Assembly: GCA_965242925.1 (NCBI GenBank) | Contig: CBDEUM010000042.1 | Coordinates: 1-64,000 of the forward strand | DNA: 64,000 nt | Direction of reading: 5' to 3' | DNA from: Roseibacillus sp. | GTDB taxonomy: Bacteria; Verrucomicrobiota; Verrucomicrobiia; Verrucomicrobiales; Akkermansiaceae | Shown: positions 1 to 11,120 of the stretch, one piece after another | Layout of the letters: every line of letters begins with the position of its first letter | How positions within the stretch are numbered: the stretch's first letter is position 1 | The notes under the pieces: model-generated | Seen by the model: only the letters and a program-made list of their open reading frames with translations | What the model was told of the DNA's origin: nothing | Databases searched by the model: none | Program-made: the position numbers and the translations under genes

Positions 1-2
1 CT

Positions 3-1019
3 GGAGTTCCCTACGGACGACACGTAATCTCAACTGGCACAGCCCACGTTGTGCCCCTCACGGCCCCGACTTCCAACGCCGCCAACGCCAACCCGGTGGC
101 CGGTCCACTGGTTATCACCGAGCTGATGTATCATCCGGCCGCCTTCGAACCGGAGTTCATCGAAGTTCAGAACGTCTCCGGGCAGCCGGTCCCCCTCGCC
201 GGGGCCGAGGTCAGTGGCGTGGGCTTCGTCTTCGAGGGCAATGTGCCGGATCTGGGACCCGGTGAAGTCATCGTGCTTACCGAGATCGATCCCGATACCT
301 TCCGCTCAACCTACAATGTTCCGGCCGTAGTGGCGGTCTACGGGCCTTATCCCGGCAAGCTCGACAACGGTGGAGAGCCACTTCGCATCCAGCTCCCCGA
401 AGCCAGCGGGATTCCCAACACCCCTGATCTCCTCGTTGCAGTCGATACCGTGATCTATTCCGATGACACCCCGTGGTCCGCCTCTGCCGACGGCCTCGGA
501 AACTCGCTGGAAAGAACGGTCCCCCGCGGATATGGCGGCGAGCCCCTCCACTGGGGGGCCTCGGCCAACACGGGGGGCACTCCCGGTCTGGCGGGAAACA
601 ACCCTCCCTCCGATTGGCGCTCACAATTCTTTACGCCCGCCGAACTCAACGACCCGGACCTTTCGGGCATCCTGGCGGACGCCGACGGCGACCGACTGGT
701 CAATGCCCTCGAATACCTCCTCGGTTCCGATCTCCACGACAACTCGGACCGCAGCGGTCTCGAAATCTCCCTGGTGGTGGTGGAAGGCCAGCCTTACATT
801 GAACTGTCTCACACGCTGCGTGACGGGGTGAGCGAGTTCACGGCCTTCATCGATCAGTCTTTCGACCTGGAAAACTGGAATGACAGCGGCACCACGATCA
901 GACGGTTCTCCACCATCTCGAACGAAAACGGAACGAGCACGTTGACCTACCGTGGGAACAATCCCGTTGATCCTGCCCTCGATCTCTACTTCCGCATCCG
1001 GGCGGTGACCTTGCCCTGA
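3..1019 (+). CDS. C-terminal part of a large secreted lamin-tail-domain protein (5' end outside window)
   Basis: Frame open from base 3. LVITELMYHP...EFIEVQN and GKLDNGGE lamin-tail-domain motifs, DADGD motif, C-terminal SFDLENW...LYFRIR segment typical of verrucomicrobial exported proteins. Confidence 0.8.
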   Translation, partial: GVPYGRHVISTGTAHVVPLTAPTSNAANANPVAGPLVITELMYHPAAFEPEFIEVQNVSGQPVPLAGAEVSGVGFVFEGNVPDLGPGEVIVLTEIDPDTFRSTYNVPAVVAVYGPYPGKLDNGGEPLRIQLPEASGIPNTPDLLVAVDTVIYSDDTPWSASADGLGNSLERTVPRGYGGEPLHWGASANTGGTPGLAGNNPPSDWRSQFFTPAELNDPDLSGILADADGDRLVNALEYLLGSDLHDNSDRSGLEISLVVVEGQPYIELSHTLRDGVSEFTAFIDQSFDLENWNDSGTTIRRFSTISNENGTSTLTYRGNNPVDPALDLYFRIRAVTLP

Positions 1020-1042
1020 GACCAGGGACTCCCCCGGGACTT

Positions 1043-2092
1043 CTACACTCCCAGCACTTCACCCGCCACCTCCGCTTGGGGTGACCCCGGATCACGCTTG
1101 ATAAAGCGGTGTAAATAGAGCCGGGCGTGGGGGTCTCCGCCTCTGGCCCGTTCCACGGCCTCCTCAAATCCCTTGTCGAGCCATGACAGGTCCCGCGGAA
1201 TGACCGGGTTTTCGATCTTTTCCCAGTAATACTTCAGATCGTCTGATTCCCACTCGCCATAAACGTCCTCCCAGGTCAGTTCATTGAAGATGTCGAGGTG
1301 GGGCAGGAGCATGTGCTCGGCGATTGTATCGCCGATCGCCTGGTAGCGGTTGTCGAGTGACACGCGAAGACGATCGGCGGTCACATTGGGCAGGGCCTTA
1401 TGGATGGTGAGGGCTGGAAAGATCAGGGTGTCGCCAATCTCGTAGTCAGTGGAGTGCCACTCTCGTTTCCGCTCCTCTTCTCCCAGCGCCACATCGAGGG
1501 CCCCCGCCCCGAGCGAGAAATGATGCTCCAGGACGTTGCCTGTCTTGTGTGAACCGGCCAGGATGGCCAGTCCGCCCAGCTCCCGCGGACAATCCCCCAC
1601 CGGGGCCCAACACGTCAGGGTCTGGTAATTTCCCTGGAAATGCACGAAATCCTGGTGCGCCGGGGTGGTGTGCTCGGTGTAGGCCGGGAACCAGAGCCGC
1701 CCGATTTTCTGGGGATGTGGCATGGCGGGCTTTCCGTAGATCTTCTCCACCATCCCGAGGACTTCCGGTTGGTGCGCAATACGGTGAAAGGCCTCCAGCC
1801 TGTAGACTTCATGATACACCTCCGTATAGTCCACATCTCCTTCCGTGCAGCGCGCATCCAGGTTGGCGATCCCATCGACCGGGTCGGTTCCCTCCCTCAC
1901 CCAGCCGCCCTCCTGCATCACCGTCAGCATCTCCCGCCGCAGCGCCTCCAGCAGAGCGGGACGCTGCAACTGCCTGAAGAACAGATAGCCATCCCGGTCC
2001 AGTCGGCGGCGCAGCTCCTCCACGTCATCACAGGCCTCATTGGAGACCTGGAGTTCCCGCCAATTCTCTGGTTCTATCGCCGTTTCCGCCAT
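1043..2092 (-). CDS. Phytanoyl-CoA dioxygenase (PhyH) family Fe(II)/2-oxoglutarate dioxygenase
   Basis: TPAHQD, GGLAILAGSH, GDTLIF..LTIH...N...R.S.D.R motifs. Confidence 0.85.
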   Translation of the reverse strand: MAETAIEPENWRELQVSNEACDDVEELRRRLDRDGYLFFRQLQRPALLEALRREMLTVMQEGGWVREGTDPVDGIANLDARCTEGDVDYTEVYHEVYRLEAFHRIAHQPEVLGMVEKIYGKPAMPHPQKIGRLWFPAYTEHTTPAHQDFVHFQGNYQTLTCWAPVGDCPRELGGLAILAGSHKTGNVLEHHFSLGAGALDVALGEEERKREWHSTDYEIGDTLIFPALTIHKALPNVTADRLRVSLDNRYQAIGDTIAEHMLLPHLDIFNELTWEDVYGEWESDDLKYYWEKIENPVIPRDLSWLDKGFEEAVERARGGDPHARLYLHRFIKRDPGSPQAEVAGEVLGV

Positions 2093-2263
2093 TCTGGACC
2101 CACATTCATGAACTGGCCGGACAGCAAAGACAACCTCTCATCCGCAGATCCAGGAAGCCCACGCCGAGGTTCCCCTTCCCCTGACAGGGGTACCCGCTTT
2201 CTTCCCACTGCCCTGCTTTGGAGTGGCGCGATGCTTGAATGTATATTACGCCCTGTCTCGATA

Positions 2264-5200
2264 ATGCGTATCACCCTCATCGCTCCCGCCGCAGTAGCCA
2301 TGTCCGCTGCTCTCGCCTCAGCGGAGATTGATTTCAACCGCGACATTCGGCCCATCATCTCCGACCGCTGCTTCAAGTGCCACGGCCCGGATGCCAGCAA
2401 CCAGAAGTCGGAGTTCCGTCTCGACTCCCCCAAGAATGCGACGGCAGACCTGGGTGGTTACTTCGGCATCGTGGCGGGCGATCTCGAGGAGAGCGAGCTG
2501 CATCATCGAATCTGGAGCACGGACAGCGAGGAGATGATGCCCCCTCCCAAATCCAAGCTCGCTCTCAACGACACCGAGAAAAAGCTCCTCGATCGCTGGA
2601 TCAAGGAGGGTGCCAAGTATGACCGGCACTGGGCGTTCAAGACTCTCCCGGCCGAGATCCCGATCCCCGATCCGGGGCCTGAGCCCTTCACCTGGGGCCG
2701 CACTCCGGTAGACGCCTTCATCTGGCATGAGCTCAAAGAGACCGGTCTCAGGCCCAGACCGGAAACATCCCGCGAAAGGTGGCTGCGCCGTGTCACTTTC
2801 GACATCACGGGACTTCCCCCGACCTTGCCGGAGCTTGACGCCTTCCTTTCCGACAAGAGAGAGGACGCTTTCGAGAAAGTAGTCGCCCGCCTCCTCGCTA
2901 CCGGGTCCTACGCAGAGCGCATGACCAGCGAGTGGCTCGATGTCGCACGTTATTCGGACACTTACGGCTACCAGGTCGATCGTGATCGTTTCGTCTGGCC
3001 CTGGCGCGACTGGGTGATCAATGCCTTCCGAAAAAACATGCCCTACCACCAGTTCATTACCGAGCAACTGGCTGGCGACCTTCTCCCCGATGCAACCAAG
3101 GACCAGATCCAGGCAACCACCTTCAACCGCCTCCATCCGCAAAAAGTGGAAGGCGGCAGCGTCCCCGAGGAGTTCCGCCTCGAGTATGTTTCCGACCGTC
3201 TCCACACCTTCGGCACAGCCTTTCTGGGACTCACTCTGGAGTGTTCCCGTTGTCACGATCACAAGTACGACCCGATCACGATGAAGGACTACTACAGCCT
3301 GAGCTCCTTCTTCGCCAACGTCGACGAAGCGGGGCTGTATTCCTACTTCACCCCCTCCATTCCCACCCCCACGCTCCTCCTCACCTCCGAAGCGCAGGAC
3401 AAGCAGATCGCGGAGAAGAACGCTGCTATCAAGAGTGCAACGGAAGTCGCGTCCAGGGAGGTCGATAATGCCGGGGAGGCCTTCGGCGTATGGCTCAGGA
3501 ACCGTCCCGCGGAGTTCCAGTGGACGGGTCTGCAGGCCCACGTCCCCTTTGATGACCGCCAGGGCGGCAATCTCCCCGACCGGGCACGCAAGGACAAACC
3601 CACCAAGACAAGTGGCAACAACAAGTCCATTGCTGGTGCACGTGGACAGGGCCTCCAGCTCACCGGGGACGACGCTGTGCACGTGCAGGGTGCGGGAGCT
3701 TTTCGCCGGACCCAGCCCTTCTCCATCGGAATCTGGGTCAACACACCGGAACAATTCGAGCGCACCGTGATCTGGCGGCGATCCAAGGCCTGGACCGACG
3801 CCGGGAGCCGGGGTTACGAACTCCTCCTGCTCGAGGGAAAACTCAGTGTCGCCCTCGTTCACTTCGATCCCGGGAATTCCATCCGCGTGACTGCCCGGGA
3901 CCCTCTTCCCGCCAACGAGTGGCACCATGTAACGGTCACCTACGACGGATCCAGTTCCGCCCGGGGTCTTCGGCTCTGGCTCGACGGCAAGCCGCTCCCC
4001 TCCAGCCTGGTCCGGGATAAACTAACCAAGAACATCGAGGGAGGGGGCGATCCCGACCTGCGCCTTGGCGAACGCTTCCGCGACGTAGGCTTCAAACAGG
4101 GCAAGGTCGATGAGCTGCACATCTTCACTCGTGAGCTCACCGCCATCGAAGTTGCACAACTCCACGATGGCAAGACTCTCATCAATGCCCTCAGGGTGCC
4201 GCTCGATTCAGTGGATGCGGCCACGCAGGAGCAGTTGCGGGAATATTTCGTTTCGGCCCTGCATAAACCCTACGGGGAGGCGGTCGGCAAACTGCAGGCT
4301 GCCCGCGATGCCAAGCGTGGACTGGTGGAGCCCATTCGCGAGATCATGGTCATGCGCAGGATGGAAAAACCTCGGCAATCCTACATTCTCAAACGAGGGA
4401 TCTACAGTTCCCGCGGTGAAACGGTGGGGTTCGACACCCCCGCCATCCTGCCCCCGTTCCCCGGGGACCAGCCCCGCAACCGTCTTGGACTCGCACGCTG
4501 GCTGACTTCACCGGACCATCCCCTCACCGCCCGCGTGACGGTCAACCGCTATTGGCAGATGTTCCTTGGGTACGGCCTCGTGCGCACCCCGGAAGACTTC
4601 GGAAGCCAGGGGCGCCCTCCCAGTCATCCTGAATTGCTGGACTGGCTCGCCCGCGACTTTGTCGCGAGCGGCTGGGATCTGCACCACCTCATCAGGCGTA
4701 TCGTGCTCTCCGCCACCTACCGGCAGAGTTCCGTCACGGACGAGAAGAGCCGCGAACGCGATCCCGGGAATATCTACCTTGCACGTGGATCCGCCACCCG
4801 TCTCTCGGCTGAAATGATCCGGGACAACGCCCTGGCCCTCAGTGGTCTCCTCGTGCACAAGGCAGGCGGCCCTTCCGTCAAACCCTATGAGGTGGCCGTC
4901 TCCTTCAAGCCCACCAGTCCCGGCAAGGGAGATGATCTCTATCGTCGAAGCGTCTACACCTGGTGGAAGCGGACCGGACCGGCTCCCGTCATGATGACAC
5001 TCAATGCCTCCAAGCGCGACGTCTGCCGGGTCCGCCGCGAAGTCACCCCTTCACCCCTGCAGGCCTTTGTCCTGCTCAACGGCCCGCAGTTTATGGAGGC
5101 TTCCCGTATAATGGGTGCGAAGCTATTGCAAAAACACGGGGATTCCCCCGACGCCCTGGTCGTGGAAGCCTACCGCGCCTTTACCAGTCGCCTCCCGGCG

Positions 5201-5398
5201 AATGAGGAACAGAAAGTCCTGCGAACCCTCTACGATGAACAGCTCGCCCACTACCAGGCCCATCCCGAACAGGCCAAGGGCTTTCTCGGCATCGGGGCCT
5301 CCCCGGCAGCAAAAGACCTTCCCGCTCACCAGGTGGCCGCCGCCGCCATCCTTGTTAATGCCATCATGAATCTCGACGAAGCCGTCTCCAAGCGATGA
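2264..5398 (+). CDS. Planctomycete cytochrome c / DUF1549 / LamG / DUF1553 protein
   Basis: Signal peptide then IDFNRDIRPIISDRCFKCHGPD, LRRVTFDITGLPPT, CSRCHDHKYDP, LamG-like WHHVTVTYDGS, HPLTARVTVNRYWQ. Start moved from 1640 to the ATG at 2264. Confidence 0.9.
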   Translation: MRITLIAPAAVAMSAALASAEIDFNRDIRPIISDRCFKCHGPDASNQKSEFRLDSPKNATADLGGYFGIVAGDLEESELHHRIWSTDSEEMMPPPKSKLALNDTEKKLLDRWIKEGAKYDRHWAFKTLPAEIPIPDPGPEPFTWGRTPVDAFIWHELKETGLRPRPETSRERWLRRVTFDITGLPPTLPELDAFLSDKREDAFEKVVARLLATGSYAERMTSEWLDVARYSDTYGYQVDRDRFVWPWRDWVINAFRKNMPYHQFITEQLAGDLLPDATKDQIQATTFNRLHPQKVEGGSVPEEFRLEYVSDRLHTFGTAFLGLTLECSRCHDHKYDPITMKDYYSLSSFFANVDEAGLYSYFTPSIPTPTLLLTSEAQDKQIAEKNAAIKSATEVASREVDNAGEAFGVWLRNRPAEFQWTGLQAHVPFDDRQGGNLPDRARKDKPTKTSGNNKSIAGARGQGLQLTGDDAVHVQGAGAFRRTQPFSIGIWVNTPEQFERTVIWRRSKAWTDAGSRGYELLLLEGKLSVALVHFDPGNSIRVTARDPLPANEWHHVTVTYDGSSSARGLRLWLDGKPLPSSLVRDKLTKNIEGGGDPDLRLGERFRDVGFKQGKVDELHIFTRELTAIEVAQLHDGKTLINALRVPLDSVDAATQEQLREYFVSALHKPYGEAVGKLQAARDAKRGLVEPIREIMVMRRMEKPRQSYILKRGIYSSRGETVGFDTPAILPPFPGDQPRNRLGLARWLTSPDHPLTARVTVNRYWQMFLGYGLVRTPEDFGSQGRPPSHPELLDWLARDFVASGWDLHHLIRRIVLSATYRQSSVTDEKSRERDPGNIYLARGSATRLSAEMIRDNALALSGLLVHKAGGPSVKPYEVAVSFKPTSPGKGDDLYRRSVYTWWKRTGPAPVMMTLNASKRDVCRVRREVTPSPLQAFVLLNGPQFMEASRIMGAKLLQKHGDSPDALVVEAYRAFTSRLPANEEQKVLRTLYDEQLAHYQAHPEQAKGFLGIGASPAAKDLPAHQVAAAAILVNAIMNLDEAVSKR

Positions 5399-6849
5399 AC
5401 ACGACTCCAGCTCCACTCTGTTCCGGATTCGAAAGTCCCATCGGCCTCAGCCGCCGGAAAGCCCTCCAGTCGTTCGGGATGGGCCTCGGCTCCCTCGCCC
5501 TGGCTGATCTCATGGCTGCGGAACAACGCTCTGAAAACCCCGCATCGAAGATCCAGGACCCACCGGCCAGGGCCAAGAGGGTGATCTTCCTCTTCCAGGC
5601 CGGCGGTCCGTCGCAACTCGACCTCTACGACTGGAAGCCCAAACTCAAGGCCGATCAGGGAAAGGAGCTCCCCGCCTCCATCCGCATGGGCCAGCGCCTG
5701 ACCGCCATGTCTGGAAACCAGGCCAGCCTGCCCCTGGTGGGCACGCCCTTCAAAATGGAGCAGCACGGGGACTCCGGGGCCTGGATCAACAGCGACACCC
5801 TTCCCCACATTTCAGGGATCGCGGACGATCTATGCTTCATCAAATCCATGCACACCGAGGCCATCAACCACGGTCCGGGGGTGACCTTCATGCAGACCGG
5901 ATCGCAGTTCCCGGGTCGGCCCAGCATGGGCGCCTGGCTTGACTTCGGCCTCGGCACGATGAACAGAGACCTGCCGTCCTTCGTCGTGATGGTGACCAAG
6001 AACAAGGGTGGCCAGCCGCTGGTCTCCCGTCTCTGGGGCAGCGGCTTCCTTCCCGGCAAGTATGACGGGGTGCGCTTCCGTGCCGACAAGGATGCCATCC
6101 TCTATCTCAATAGCCCTCCCGGCATCAACCGGGCCAATCGCCGCAAGGTTCTGGATCGCCTGCGTGAGCTTCACGAGATGCAATTGGAGGAGACGGGCGA
6201 TCCCGCTCTTGAAACCCGCATCGCCCAGTACGAAATGGCCTTCAACATGCAGCAATCCATCCCTGAAGTGACCGATCTCTCCGACGAACCGGAGAGCACC
6301 TTCAAACTCTACGGAGACGACGCCAAGAAGCCCGGAACCTTCGCTGCCAATTGCCTCCTCGCCCGCCGCCTCGCCGAACGGGATGTCCGCTTCATCCAGC
6401 TCTACCACCAGGGCTGGGACCAGCACGGGGGGCTGCCCGGTGGCATCAGGACCCAGTGCCGCGAAACCGACCAGGCCTCCGCCGCTCTGGTCACCGACCT
6501 CAAGAACCGCGGTCTGCTGGAGGACACCCTCGTGATCTGGGGCGGTGAGTTTGGTCGCACCAGCTACTGCCAGGGCAGGTTTAACAGTGGAAACTTCGGA
6601 CGCGACCACCATGGACGCTGCTTCACCGTATGGATGGCAGGGGGCGGCAGCAAGGCTGGCAGCAGCTACGGTGCCACTGATGATTACAGCTACAACATCG
6701 CTGAGAACCCGGTCCACATCCACGACTTCCACGCCACCATCCTGCACCTCCTCGGCATCGACCACGAACGTCTCACCTTCAAGTACCAGGGCCGCCACTT
6801 CCGCCTCACCGATGTCCATGGCAAGGTCGTGAAGGGCGCGCTGGCATGA
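5395..6849 (+). CDS. DUF1501 family protein with Tat-like leader
   Basis: SRRKAL leader, AKRVIFLFQAGGPSQLD, WDQHG, GEFGRT, GRDHH. ATGA overlap with the DUF1553 gene is the usual pairing. Confidence 0.9.
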   Translation: MNTTPAPLCSGFESPIGLSRRKALQSFGMGLGSLALADLMAAEQRSENPASKIQDPPARAKRVIFLFQAGGPSQLDLYDWKPKLKADQGKELPASIRMGQRLTAMSGNQASLPLVGTPFKMEQHGDSGAWINSDTLPHISGIADDLCFIKSMHTEAINHGPGVTFMQTGSQFPGRPSMGAWLDFGLGTMNRDLPSFVVMVTKNKGGQPLVSRLWGSGFLPGKYDGVRFRADKDAILYLNSPPGINRANRRKVLDRLRELHEMQLEETGDPALETRIAQYEMAFNMQQSIPEVTDLSDEPESTFKLYGDDAKKPGTFAANCLLARRLAERDVRFIQLYHQGWDQHGGLPGGIRTQCRETDQASAALVTDLKNRGLLEDTLVIWGGEFGRTSYCQGRFNSGNFGRDHHGRCFTVWMAGGGSKAGSSYGATDDYSYNIAENPVHIHDFHATILHLLGIDHERLTFKYQGRHFRLTDVHGKVVKGALA

Positions 6850-6920
6850 TACGAACTCCTGACCGCGTAATCCCGACCGGCCTCCTCAGGTCCAAGTCCC
6901 AACCGAAATTTCCCTGCTCC

Positions 6921-7817
6921 ATGAAACGTGCCTCCCTGATCCTCTTCCTTTCTCTCTGCACTTGCATTCTCTCCGCACAGGACAGGATCCGTGTCCTCGT
7001 CTGGGATGAGCAGCAACCGGTCAGGAAAAAGGTCTACGAGAACTTTCCCGGTAACTTCATCGCCGATCACCTCCGCACCAATCCCAGGCTGGAGGTGAGC
7101 ACTGCGAGGCAGGACGACCCGGAACTGGGCCTCGCCAGCGAAGTGCTCGCCAGAACCGACGTCCTCATCTACTGGGCACACGTCAGACAGAGGGATATCC
7201 CGGAGGCCAAGGGCCAGGAAATCGCGAACCTCGTCAAGGCAGGCAAACTCGCCTTCGTGCCCCTGCACTCCGCTCACTGGTCCGTTCCTTTCATGATGTG
7301 CATGCAGGAGAAGGCCGCCCAGGATGCCCTCGCGGCCCTCCCCGAAGGGAAGCGCGCCACCGCCAGGGTGGTCTACGAGGGCAGGATTCAATGGAAAAAG
7401 GCCGGCGAGTTCGACCGCAACTTCGCCCCCTGGCGCTACCAGTTCGACGACAAGGGAAACATCACCGCCTTCGTGCACCGTCCCAACTGCGTCTTCCCGC
7501 GCTGCTGCGGCCCGGGACAACCCGCCGAGGTGCGCATCATTCACAGGCAACATCCCATCTGCCAGGGCGTGCCCGCCCGCTTCACTCTCGATGTCACCGA
7601 GATGTACGACGAACCCTTCGGCGTGCCCGAGCCCGATACCGTTCTCTTCACCGAGAACTGGAAGGGCGGCGAGTTCTTCCGCTCCGGATGCCTTTGGAAT
7701 CTCGGTAAGGGGGTGGTCTTCTACTATCGCCCCGGTGACCAGCAGTATCCCATCTTCGCCAATGCCCACCTGCTGAAGCTGCTGGAGAATGCCGCGGTGT
7801 GGCTGGGAAGCAGGTAG
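6921..7817 (+). CDS. Secreted ThuA (trehalose utilisation)-like protein
   Basis: IRVLVWDE, DVLIYWAH, LHSAHWS, TEMYDEPFGVPEPD, GEFFRSGC..GKG.VFY.RPG. Confidence 0.8.
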   Translation: MKRASLILFLSLCTCILSAQDRIRVLVWDEQQPVRKKVYENFPGNFIADHLRTNPRLEVSTARQDDPELGLASEVLARTDVLIYWAHVRQRDIPEAKGQEIANLVKAGKLAFVPLHSAHWSVPFMMCMQEKAAQDALAALPEGKRATARVVYEGRIQWKKAGEFDRNFAPWRYQFDDKGNITAFVHRPNCVFPRCCGPGQPAEVRIIHRQHPICQGVPARFTLDVTEMYDEPFGVPEPDTVLFTENWKGGEFFRSGCLWNLGKGVVFYYRPGDQQYPIFANAHLLKLLENAAVWLGSR

Positions 7818-7942
7818 CAGACCCGCCCGCCATGGGTTCCCGGAACGATCGGGACCACATCTTTCGCGTGACAAATTTCATTATGGAACCCTGAATAATG
7901 AATAATCCACTGCGCCCAGCTCGTATCTCCACCCCATTATTC

Positions 7943-10900
7943 ATGAAACGCATCACCTTAGTCGTCCCCCTCTTCCTCGCCCTTCTCTGTCCGCTTCTCC
8001 TGTCGGAGAAGAAGAAGGAGGAGATCAAGCACATCGTCTTCATTGCGGGCAACCGCAGCCACGGTCCGGGTGAACACGAATTTTATGCCGGCTGCACGCT
8101 TCTGGCCAAAGCCCTCAACGAACAGAGCGGACTCAAGGTGAAGGCTACCGTCCTGCGCGCCAACTGGCCAAAGGAACACAAACCCATCGTGGAGAGCGCC
8201 GACACCATCGTGATCTACGCCGATCACGTCAGCGGACATGGCGGGCAATGGGAGTTCCTCGACGGTCTCGCCAGGAAGGGAGTGGGAATGGTCTTCATGC
8301 ACTACGCCGTCCACCCCAACAAGGAGATTGGTGAAAAGTACTATCGCCCGTGGATCGGCGGGGCAATGGAGAGCGGCTGGTCGGTTAACCCGCACTGGGT
8401 CGCCGACCTCGAGATCATCAAGGGTCACGAAATCGGCAATGGAGTGCCCGACAAGGTTACCTGCCTCGATGAGTGGTACTACAACATGCGTTTCGTCAAG
8501 GAGCGCGACAAGGTGCTCGATCTCTTCACCGCAGTGCCTGACCGCGAGAACATGCACCGCTATATCAACATGTGGAACCGGAATGGAGTAGATGGCCTGG
8601 GCAAGTCACAGACCCTGATGTGGGGATATGAGCGGCCCACGGGCGGTCGCGGGGTAGGATTCGTGGGCGGCCATTATCATCAAAGCTGGGCGGTCGACGG
8701 CGTGCGCAGGGCGGTCCTCAACGCAATCATTTGGACCGCCGGCATGAAGGTGCCCAAGGACGGGGTTCAATCACGCGCACCCACCGAGGAGGAACTCAAC
8801 GTCAACCTGGACAAGAAGGGCCGGGCGAGACGAATAAAGATTCCAGATCCCGGGGCGTGGAAAAAACTCCCTCCCGCCAAGATCCAGACGGAGCGAGAGG
8901 CGGGTTTTAATCAGGGTGCCGGAGCGAAGGTTCGACCAGCCCCGGCACCCGAAAAGAAAAACCCTGAGGCACCCCGACTCCCGAAGAAGTCGGTGGCCGG
9001 CAGCGGAGACCCCGACCCCCAAGGCGTCCCGGCGGGAGGGATCATCGTGCCCGAGGACCTTGAGCTGACCGTCTGGGCCACCAGCCCGATGCTCTCCAAC
9101 CCTGCCAACATGGATACCGACTCCGCCGGCCGGATCTGGATCGCGGAGGGCGTCAACCAGGGCAACCAGCGTCCAGAAGCCGCCCGTATTGTGGTTCTCG
9201 AGGACAAGGACAAAGACGGGAAGGCGGACAGCTCCCACGTCTTCGTGGAGGATCCCGAACTGGTGGCTCCCATCCGGGTAAGCCTGTTCGACAATCGCGT
9301 GGTGGTATCTCAGCCACCTCATCTTGTCGTTTATACCGACGTCAATCGTGACCTCGTCTTCAATCCCAAGGTCGATAAACGCGAGAACCTCCTCAGTGGA
9401 TTCAATGGAAGGAATCACGATCATGGCCTGCACGCGGTAGTGGGCGGACCGGATGGGAAATGGCACTTCAGCCAAGGCAGTTCAGGGGCCCGGTTTAGCG
9501 ACAGGGATGGAGTTGAGTTCCTCATCGGAGGCCCTCTCGAGGATGAGGGGGCCCGGCCCGCTACCGACCCCCGCACCTTCGCCGGTAAACTGAGCGGCGA
9601 TGGCCGTTACTGGGTTGGCGGCTTCGCAGCCAGAATGAACCCCGACGGCACGCAGGTCCGCATCACCGGCCACGGTTTCCGCGCCAGCCACGGACAAACG
9701 ATCACTTCATTTGGAGATGTGTTCCAGAATGACAGTGCCGATTCCGAATCCTGCCGCGTCACATGGCTGATGGAGGGTGGTTTCCTCGGGTTCTTCTCGC
9801 CTGACGGACAACGCACCTGGCAGGCCGACAAAAGACCAGGCCAGACTGTCCCCGAGGCTCACTGGCGACAATGGGACCCCGGCACCATTCCCCCCGGCGA
9901 CGTCTACGGGCGCGGCTCTCCAACCGGAATCTGCTTCTATGAGAATGGGGCACTGCCAGAAAAATATGCCGGGCTGCTGGCCAGCTGCGATGCGGACCGT
10001 GGAACTGTTCTGGGATATTTCCCTGTGCCGGAAGGATCAAATTTCAAGCTCGAACGCTTCGACTTCATGAAAGCCCGACCCGGAAACCCCTTCCGGCCTT
10101 CTGACATCATGGTGGGTGCGGACGGAGCACTTTACCTTTCTGGACGGGGCGGCCCCGATGCGGAACATCCCCATGGAGGAGATCCCCGTGGGCCGGGAAT
10201 CATTTACCGTCTGGCTCCGAAAGGATTCCGACCCAACCTCCCGGCCTCCTCCACGGATTCAATCGCCGGCGCCCTCGCCATTCTCTCGAATCCTGCCCAG
10301 AACGTGCGGCACCTCGGCTTCGAGGCATTGCGGGCCGCCGGCAAGAAAGCCCTTCCCGCGGTCCGTGGCTTGCTCGGGCACTACAACGGCTACCTCCAGG
10401 CCAGGGCAGTCTGGCTTCTTCCCTCCCTGGGAGATGCAGGTCTGCGACTGACCAGAAGTCTGCTCGACAGCCCTGATGCCCGGACCCGGCTCCTTGCCTT
10501 CAGGTCCCTGCGCAATGCCGGGGAGGCCCAGTTGGAGATGGTCAGCAGAGTTCTACGTCGATGAGCCCAGTCCAGCGGTTCGACGAGAGGTGGCCCTCTC
10601 CCTGCGCGACATTCCCGCCCAACGCAAAGGTCGACCTATCTGAGCTATTTCCTGAGGCGCTGCAGCGCGAGCGATCGTACTTCCCTTGAGGCCTGCGGCC
10701 TCGCTGCAGAGGGAGCAGAGGAACTCGTCTGGAGCAGACTGAAGAGTGTGGCCAGAATCACGGGAGCCCTTGAGTGGACGGAAGCCTTCGCCAGAATCAC
10801 CTGGCGCCTTCACCCCCGGGCAGCCATCCCGGATCTTCAGAAACGAGCCCTCGCAGAGGCCCTTCCCGGTGCCTCACGCCTGCTCGCAGTCGAAACGTTG

Positions 10901-11074
10901 GCATTCGTCAACGACCCGGCGGCCGCACGGGCCCTCGTTGAAATCGCAAAGGTCGACGGTCCGGCAGGGGCGGAAGCCCTCCGCTGGCTCTTGCATCTCG
11001 CCGAAACACGTTGGAAGGATTTCGACATCTTCACGCTCCTGAAAGAACACAGGCTTCTTGGTCTGGAAAACTAA
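7943..11074 (+). pseudogene. ThuA-like + PVC-type membrane-bound dehydrogenase + HEAT-repeat protein, interrupted by frameshifts at about 10550-10636
   Basis: ORF 7943-10564, then the +1 frame gives FYVDEPSPAVRREVALSLRD, then the original frame resumes (DRTSLEACGLAAEG...RITWRLHP) to the stop at 11074. May be an intact gene with sequence errors. Confidence 0.7.
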
Positions 11075-11120
11075 CCGAATCCCTGGTGTGCCCTCCCTAT
11101 CGCTTCGAGGTGTATTCCCA

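Noticed and set aside
1640..2263. N-terminal extension of the 1252-aa ORF
   Set aside because: Overlaps the PhyH gene on the other strand; a signal peptide begins at ATG 2264.
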